Assembly: GCA_964532285.1 (NCBI GenBank) | Contig: CAZHHB010000005.1 | Span: forward strand, 1 to 60,060 | Reading direction: 5' to 3' | Source: an uncultured Candidatus Saccharibacteria bacterium | GTDB lineage: Bacteria; Patescibacteriota; Minisyncoccia; Phycocordibacterales; PALSA-1337 | Length of the DNA stretch: 60,060 bases | Part shown: positions 54,430 to 60,060 of the stretch, in pieces | How positions within the stretch are numbered: the stretch's first letter is position 1 | Layout: each line of letters opens with the position of its first letter | Translations under genes and position numbers: made by a program | Notes under the pieces: generated by a model | The model's database searches: none | Told to the model about the DNA's origin: nothing | Seen by the model: only the letters and a program-made list of their open reading frames with translations

Positions 54430-55884
54430 TTACCCCAACTTCTCTATGAGGAGTTTCTTCACTACTTCTGGGTTGGCGGAGCCTTTTGTAGCTTTCATAG
54501 CTTGACCAATAAGATACTGAAGAGAGGTGGTCTTGCCGGATTTGTAGTCGTTTACCACCGAGGAATTATCAGAGATGATCTTCTCAATGATTGGTAGAAT
54601 GTCCGCGGAATCACTCTTTTGAATAAGTCCGTGCTTTTTGGCAAGTTCATTTGGTGGAGTATCTTTCTCGGTTATTAGTAATGTCAGGAGGTCTTTGGCT
54701 CCGCGAGATGATACTGTGCCGTCATGAACCATTGTTATGAGTTCAGCGAAAGATTCGGGCGAGATATCTTTCAATGACGCTCCGATTTCTGACATTGTGG
54801 TGTTCGGTTTTTTCTTCAACATTCCCAGGTAATCACTAAGAAGATAGTTGATCGTCAATTTTATTTTCTTGGTGTCTGCAGGATATGATGAAATTATTGA
54901 TTCGAAGTATTCAGCGATTTTGATATTCTCAATAAATACAGCTACCTCTTTGTCGGTCATACCGAAATCTTTTTTGTAGCGAGCTTCCTTGTTCCATGGA
55001 AGTTCCGGAATTTCTTTTTTTAATGTAGCGACGGAAAATTCTTTTATCTCCGACAATTTTAATTTTGGAATATCTGGATCAGGAAAATACCTGTAGTCGT
55101 GAGAACTTTCTTTGCTGCGCTGAGAATATGTTTCTCCTTTTGTATCATCCCAGCCGCGAGTTTCTTGGGCGACTGTATGACCATCATCGAGTAGGGAAGA
55201 CTGGCGAGTAACTTCATATTCGATAGCGCGTTCAACAGAACGAAATGAATTTAAATTTTTCACTTCAGTTTTTGTGCCGAATTTTCCGGCGGCAGTATCT
55301 TTCTCTGAAGCTATAGAAATATTTGCTTCAATGCGCATCTCACCCTTTTCCATATTGGCCAAACCGGCTCCGAGATAACGGAGGAGGAGCTGTAGTGATG
55401 AAGCGAACTTCACAGCCGAGGATGCATCATGTATGACAGGCTTCGTGACTAATTCCATGAGTGGGACACCGGAACGATTGAAGTTGACCAGACTCTTGTG
55501 ATGCGTGTCATGAGTGGACTGAGCGGTGTCTTCTTCTAGGTGGATACGCTCGATCTCTACGTCTGATAATTTTCCACCGGATACGAGAGGGTACTTGTAC
55601 TGACTGATTTGATAGCCCTTCGGTATGTCTGGATAGAAATAATTCTTACGATCCCATTCTGTGAAGTCGGCGAGAGTTCCACCTACAGCGACACCGACTT
55701 TGAGTACATGCTTGATAGCTTCCATATTCAGAACAGGTAGTGTCCCAGGATGTCCCAAACAGATGGGGCAGATATTTACGTTCGGTTTTTCTTCGTCGGG
55801 ATTATTTCTGCAGGCACAAAACATTTTTGACGTAGTCTTCAATTCAGCGTGGATCTCCAAACCAATAGTGGGTATGTAACTCAT
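54430..55884 (-). CDS. gatB: Asp/Glu-tRNA amidotransferase subunit B
   Basis: MSYIPTIGLEIHAELKT, CPICLGHPGTLP, NRSGVPLMELV, C-terminal GatB/YqeY domain. Confidence 0.9.
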   Translation of the reverse strand: MSYIPTIGLEIHAELKTTSKMFCACRNNPDEEKPNVNICPICLGHPGTLPVLNMEAIKHVLKVGVAVGGTLADFTEWDRKNYFYPDIPKGYQISQYKYPLVSGGKLSDVEIERIHLEEDTAQSTHDTHHKSLVNFNRSGVPLMELVTKPVIHDASSAVKFASSLQLLLRYLGAGLANMEKGEMRIEANISIASEKDTAAGKFGTKTEVKNLNSFRSVERAIEYEVTRQSSLLDDGHTVAQETRGWDDTKGETYSQRSKESSHDYRYFPDPDIPKLKLSEIKEFSVATLKKEIPELPWNKEARYKKDFGMTDKEVAVFIENIKIAEYFESIISSYPADTKKIKLTINYLLSDYLGMLKKKPNTTMSEIGASLKDISPESFAELITMVHDGTVSSRGAKDLLTLLITEKDTPPNELAKKHGLIQKSDSADILPIIEKIISDNSSVVNDYKSGKTTSLQYLIGQAMKATKGSANPEVVKKLLIEKLG

Positions 55885-55928
55885 AGACCATTCAAGTTTA
55901 TAGATTCCGGAGATTAAAAGCAATATAG

Positions 55929-56171
55929 TCAGAGATGCTGGACTATAAGCTTCTTGACCTGTTTTCTGGTAGGCCTTTTGCCTTTGTTGGTTTCTATCTC
56001 CAGGAGAAGTTTCTCAATGTCAGCAACCTTATAGACCCTATAGTTATTGATCGGATGTCTAGAAGCAGGGAATTTGCCACTATTATCCCAATTACGTAAG
56101 GTAAGAGGAGTGACGCCTAGTATGTTGGCGGCTTGTTGTACAGTTACTAATTTTCTTTCTATATTTTCCAT
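55929..56171 (-). CDS. Excisionase/MerR-type HTH DNA-binding protein
   Basis: 80 aa. LVTVQQAANILGVTPLTLRNWDNSGKFPA. Confidence 0.7.
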   Translation of the reverse strand: MENIERKLVTVQQAANILGVTPLTLRNWDNSGKFPASRHPINNYRVYKVADIEKLLLEIETNKGKRPTRKQVKKLIVQHL

Positions 56172-56533
56172 AAAATTTAAACCTATATAAACATTGATAA
56201 AATAAGCATACTTTATATCAATAATTATACAAAGTTATCAACGTTTAGTATAGCAGAGTTGTTAGACCTATCTTAGAGAAATCAAATACGTATAAATACA
56301 TATGACTGAAACAACTTACATTTGATTTTTTTAAAGCATTTTTTCTATGGATAGCGGATCTCGCCAAAGGCTCAAAAATGCGTTTTAAGCGATTTTGTAT
56401 TTAAAAAACAAGAAGTGTTGATCAATAAATAATAGAATAAATACTTTTTGCCTTTTGTGTGTCACAATTTTTTGTCCACAGTTTTTCCGTCATTTTTTGG
56501 CATAAAAATGGCTATAATTAGCATTGAAACAAA

Positions 56534-57802
56534 ATGAAAGATATCTTTATTTTTGAAGGTAAAAAATACATCTCGGCTAGGCGAGCATCCGAAATCTCGG
56601 ACTATTCTTCTGATTACATTGGCCAACTTTGCCGCTCTGGAAAGCTTGATTGTCGCATGGAGGGAAGATCGTGGTTTGTAACAGAAGAGTCTCTCAATCT
56701 ACACAAGACCAATGTTTTGGAAGATGAAGTTTACAGGAACCGTATCGAAAATCTTCGTGGGAAGAAACCGAAAGACACAACAGAAGAGAAAGTTAAAATT
56801 TCCGAAAATAAAAAATCCGAGTCTGAATCAGTAGAACAGACTACTCCATTCATCTCTACAAAACGGGCATCCGAAATCTCGAACTATTCTCCAGATTACA
56901 TCGGTCAACTTTGTCGTTCCGAAAAGCTTGATTGTCGTATGGTGGGACGGTCATGGTTTGTAACAGAAGAATCTCTCAATCTATACAAGGTCAATGTTTT
57001 GCACGATGAAGTTTACAGGAACCGCATCGAAAATCTTCGCGGGAAAAAATCAAAAGATATAACAGGAGAGGAAATCGGCGCTCAGGTTCCCGATCCCCAA
57101 CCTTCTCTCTCGGAACAATTCATCTCATCTGAAATGAGATCTTTCTTGGCAAGCAAGATGACATATGAACACGCTGACGATCCTCTGCTTCCAGCATTGA
57201 ATAAATATGCAGACAAGACAACAGAGGGGGCTTTGTCTGATTCGACAGAGATTGTGGGGGGGGCGATGATTCCGATTAAAACTCCCTACACCAATCTTGC
57301 TCGCTCCATCATTTTGAAAAGAGCATTGAGACCCGCTGTGATGATAGCCATGTTCCTGGTTGTCTTCGGCGGAACGACGATTGTATTCAATAAGATCAAA
57401 AATAGTAGCAATATATCGGTGGCCAAAATCTCCGAACTCAATGCGACTATTTTAGACGCTTTCAAGTCAACCAGTTCTTTTTTGCAGAGAGAGTATGATG
57501 GCTTGCTGGCTCTATTCAAATACAGAAGTGAGTTGGCTTTGAACACAACCGATGATGGCGCAGAAATATCGGACGTCGAAACCCCTACAAATAATCCTTC
57601 TCAAGGAATAGCGATAGTGCCTTCGACGGGACTTGCCGCGGATGATGAGGCGGCAAAACAGAAGATTCAAGATTCTTTCTCTGATCAGATAGAAGTTCAT
57701 CCTGACAATAGCGGTACATCAGGTATCATCACCCCTGTCTTCCGCACCACGAAGGGTAATGATTTCGTATACGTTCTCGTTCCGATCAATGAGCAAAAAT
57801 AA
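56534..57802 (+). CDS. Membrane-anchored protein with two tandem excisionase-like HTH modules
   Basis: 422 aa. The module ISxxRASEISxYSxDYIGQLCRSxKLDCRMxGRSWFVTEESLNL occurs twice, followed by a TM helix (AVMIAMFLVVFGGTTIVF) and a C-terminal extracytoplasmic part. Confidence 0.6.
   Translation: MKDIFIFEGKKYISARRASEISDYSSDYIGQLCRSGKLDCRMEGRSWFVTEESLNLHKTNVLEDEVYRNRIENLRGKKPKDTTEEKVKISENKKSESESVEQTTPFISTKRASEISNYSPDYIGQLCRSEKLDCRMVGRSWFVTEESLNLYKVNVLHDEVYRNRIENLRGKKSKDITGEEIGAQVPDPQPSLSEQFISSEMRSFLASKMTYEHADDPLLPALNKYADKTTEGALSDSTEIVGGAMIPIKTPYTNLARSIILKRALRPAVMIAMFLVVFGGTTIVFNKIKNSSNISVAKISELNATILDAFKSTSSFLQREYDGLLALFKYRSELALNTTDDGAEISDVETPTNNPSQGIAIVPSTGLAADDEAAKQKIQDSFSDQIEVHPDNSGTSGIITPVFRTTKGNDFVYVLVPINEQK
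56569..57070 (+). repeat. Intragenic tandem duplication: two ~220-bp units offset by 282 bp (94 codons)
   Basis: 56569-56788 and 56851-57070 align base for base with scattered substitutions. Confidence 0.9.
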
Positions 57803-57803
57803 T

Positions 57804-60060
57804 ATGACGCTATCTATTAATCACAAAAAGATTTTGAACAATCTCTCGCAGAGGATATCTTTTCTGGTTATATTTTTCTTTGTTCTGACTATGGTTACTT
57901 TCGTCCTGACGAATCATGTTCATGCCGCAGTCATGTCTAGTTCGGCATATCAGCTCCAGAGTGACAGTATGAATTTCGGAGGATCACTCTCCACCTCTAC
58001 TTCTTATAAGGCTGAAGACACTCTCGGTGAGGTCGGTACTGGTAGATTACTCGGCACCAGTTACAAGACTAATGCTGGTTACCAGCAAATAGGTCCAGTT
58101 TCGATAGCGGCCGTGCCCACACCAACTCCGACGCCGACTTCATCGCAGACGACCACACCTGGTTCTTCTTTGTCTGGCGGATATATTGTCCCCATAGAGA
58201 ATCCTTCCAACTTCGTTGCACAAACTCTGGAGAATGCCGTCGTCTTGAGCTGGCTCAACCCGAACGATCCGCGATTTATAGGTGTCCGTTTGGTTCGTTC
58301 AGATAAATTCTTTGTTACCGATCCATCTCTAGGCGATATTATATATGAGGGCAACGGTATGGGTTTCGTCGATATGAGCGTTAAGTCCGGTACGGTTTAC
58401 TATTACACCTTGTTCTCCAAAGGTCTGGATGGAAAATATTCTTCTGGAGCTCTGACTTGGGTCCGTATTCCTATTGTTGGTGAACAGGTGATTTTGCTTG
58501 CCAATCCATTCGTCGATGTTCCTATGGCCGAAAAATTGGATCCGATAATCAGCGCGCTCAAGCTTTCTGATTTTGATTTCATACAAAGCGGTAGGAGACT
58601 GGAAGTTCTGGATGATTCAATCGCTATCAATGGATCGGAAAATCTTACGATTCGCCTGGCTTACAACAAGGTTCCTGAAATTTTGAAGACTGTCGCCGTA
58701 ACACTTACTGATCCACAGGATAGTTCGAAAGTGTTTCCGTTTCTTCTCCGAGTCAATGACGACAAGACATCCTATGAAGCAACCATAGCTCCTCTGGGAC
58801 GATCGGGTAATTATGCTCTTAATATTGTCATCCTTGATTATAAAAATCAGGGTTTGAAAAAGTTATCCGGCTCCATGCACGCATTGGCCTTCGAGGCCCT
58901 CCAGGAAAATATCGGTCAGGGATTCAATTGGCTGATTCTACTTCTCATTGTCGCCTCATTTATAATCCTGATAGTCATACTTGTCCGCAATCGCAAGAAG
59001 AGACATGTCACTATCGCAAGCTGTATTGTCTTTGTTCTCATCTCCGTCTCTTCTATATATATAGTACACGCGGCTTTCAATCAGGAGATCAACTATCAGG
59101 GCAAGTTACTCACGAATACTGGTGATGTGATTGGTGACGGTTCCTACAATATCCGTTTCGGATTGTATACAGTGGCGAGTGGAGGGTCGCCTATATGGAC
59201 GGAAACACATTGCTATTCTCCCGATAATGGGACAACTTGTGATGGTACGGGTGTTGATGGTCGTCCGGTATTGACTAGCGGACTTTTCAGTACAATGTTA
59301 GGTTCGGTAACATCATTTGCTGGTGTTGATTTCAATCAGACCTTGTATTTGGGTGTTGATATCGGTGCTTCTAGTACGGCTCCAGTATGGGACGGTGAGA
59401 TGACACCGCGCAAGGTTCTTGGTATGGTACCGGTGGCTTTTCTCTCCGCTACTTCGACGGTCGCTCTCTCCGCGAATGCTTTGCAGAACTTGAGCGCACA
59501 ACAGTTTCTACGCAGTGATGTGCAGAACTCAACATCTACAGCAACAACTTTTGTCTCAATCTTGCAGTCTGGAACAGGCAAGATTGCAGAGTTTTTCGGT
59601 ACGGCGAGTCAGAGTGTTTTGTCTGTTCTGTCTGGCGGTAATGTTGGTATCGGCACCACTACTCCTTCGGCCAAGTTGGCCATATCCGCCAACGGTTCTG
59701 ATACGAACACAGACATCTTCCTGATCTCATCTTCAACTGCGGCTGGAGCCACGACGACTTTATTCTCCATAAATAATACCGGTTCCACCACCGCCGCAAA
59801 TGGATTCAACATCACCGCCGGATGTTATGCCTTGAATGGTAATTGTGTAGGTGGTTCAAGTCTCACTGGTTCTGGTTCACCAAACACTCTCACATACTGG
59901 ACCAGTACTGGAGATGTTGGTGCCACATCTTCGCCAACCGTTGGGTATATTACAGCCACTTCTACCACAGGGACTTCTACGTTTGCCGGTTTCTTCTCAG
60001 TCGGCTCAACCACCCCAAATGACCAGAGTATGTTCTCTGTAGGTACAACCACACCATTAC
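57804..60060 (+). CDS. Large secreted/surface protein, 5' partial at the window edge (absent from the ORF track)
   Basis: I translated frame 57804 by hand and found no stop through 60059 (752 codons). N-terminal signal anchor ISFLVIFFFVLTMVTFVLTNHVHA, PTPTPTPT linker, FN3-like WLNPNDPRFIGVRLV...YYYTLF, then INYQGKL..., NVGIGTTTPSAKLAI and T/S/G-rich repeats. Confidence 0.65.
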   Translation, partial: MTLSINHKKILNNLSQRISFLVIFFFVLTMVTFVLTNHVHAAVMSSSAYQLQSDSMNFGGSLSTSTSYKAEDTLGEVGTGRLLGTSYKTNAGYQQIGPVSIAAVPTPTPTPTSSQTTTPGSSLSGGYIVPIENPSNFVAQTLENAVVLSWLNPNDPRFIGVRLVRSDKFFVTDPSLGDIIYEGNGMGFVDMSVKSGTVYYYTLFSKGLDGKYSSGALTWVRIPIVGEQVILLANPFVDVPMAEKLDPIISALKLSDFDFIQSGRRLEVLDDSIAINGSENLTIRLAYNKVPEILKTVAVTLTDPQDSSKVFPFLLRVNDDKTSYEATIAPLGRSGNYALNIVILDYKNQGLKKLSGSMHALAFEALQENIGQGFNWLILLLIVASFIILIVILVRNRKKRHVTIASCIVFVLISVSSIYIVHAAFNQEINYQGKLLTNTGDVIGDGSYNIRFGLYTVASGGSPIWTETHCYSPDNGTTCDGTGVDGRPVLTSGLFSTMLGSVTSFAGVDFNQTLYLGVDIGASSTAPVWDGEMTPRKVLGMVPVAFLSATSTVALSANALQNLSAQQFLRSDVQNSTSTATTFVSILQSGTGKIAEFFGTASQSVLSVLSGGNVGIGTTTPSAKLAISANGSDTNTDIFLISSSTAAGATTTLFSINNTGSTTAANGFNITAGCYALNGNCVGGSSLTGSGSPNTLTYWTSTGDVGATSSPTVGYITATSTTGTSTFAGFFSVGSTTPNDQSMFSVGTTTPL

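Noticed and set aside
56172-56533. A possible replication origin: a 362-bp AT-rich spacer with DnaA-box-like 9-mers (TTGTCCACA at 56472-56480 and weaker ones), plus a perfect TTATCCACA at 48211-48219.
   Set aside because: There are only single or imperfect boxes with no cluster, no dnaA or dnaN nearby and no obvious switch of gene-strand bias at either site. AT-rich divergent promoter regions explain the composition. A contig-wide GC-skew analysis would be the decisive test.

Overview
This 60-kb window is low-GC bacterial DNA. Compact, often overlapping genes, a peptidoglycan-precursor operon, a very large surface-glycan locus, an orphan T4SS-coupling-like ATPase and a giant surface protein suggest a CPR/Patescibacteria-type genome; that assignment is an inference.

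Layout:
- 0.1-2.5 kb: radC, a hypothetical gene and a murD-like gene.
- 2.6-10 kb: a PLP enzyme and a LysW-like zinc ribbon, then a minus-strand operon of Mur ligase, ATE/Fem-like transferase, mraY, a papain-like peptidase and an ATP-grasp ligase.
- 10-13.9 kb: a small membrane protein, a DUF4015-type glycoside hydrolase and a TraD/VirD4-like ATPase.
- 13.9-48 kb: a glycan-decoration locus with about 9 GT4, one GT2 and one GT-C glycosyltransferase, asnB, about 8 methyltransferases, a carbamoyltransferase, a flippase and an O-antigen-ligase-like/TPR protein. It is interrupted at 36.2-40.5 kb by a GC-rich island encoding four different phosphoesterases.
- 48.3-55.9 kb: murB, secA, an AI-2E permease, obg and gatB.
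- 55.9-60.06 kb: a small HTH gene, a membrane protein with a duplicated HTH, and a >750-aa surface-protein ORF that runs off the window and is missing from the ORF track.

No rRNA, tRNA, CRISPR array or transposase was found.

The most unusual signals are two repeat families:
1. Nested 'hairpin-in-hairpin' intergenic elements. A conserved ~114-nt foldable core is bracketed by long inverted repeats that differ at each locus. Two copies are 113/114 identical, in inverted orientation, 50 kb apart.
2. A ~17-nt palindrome, CCAAGRTCSGAYCTNGG, at 8 loci. Five loci lie in-frame inside genes (secA, murB, a Mur ligase, a methyltransferase and the C-terminus of a glycoside hydrolase), usually read as Arg-Ser-Asp-Leu.
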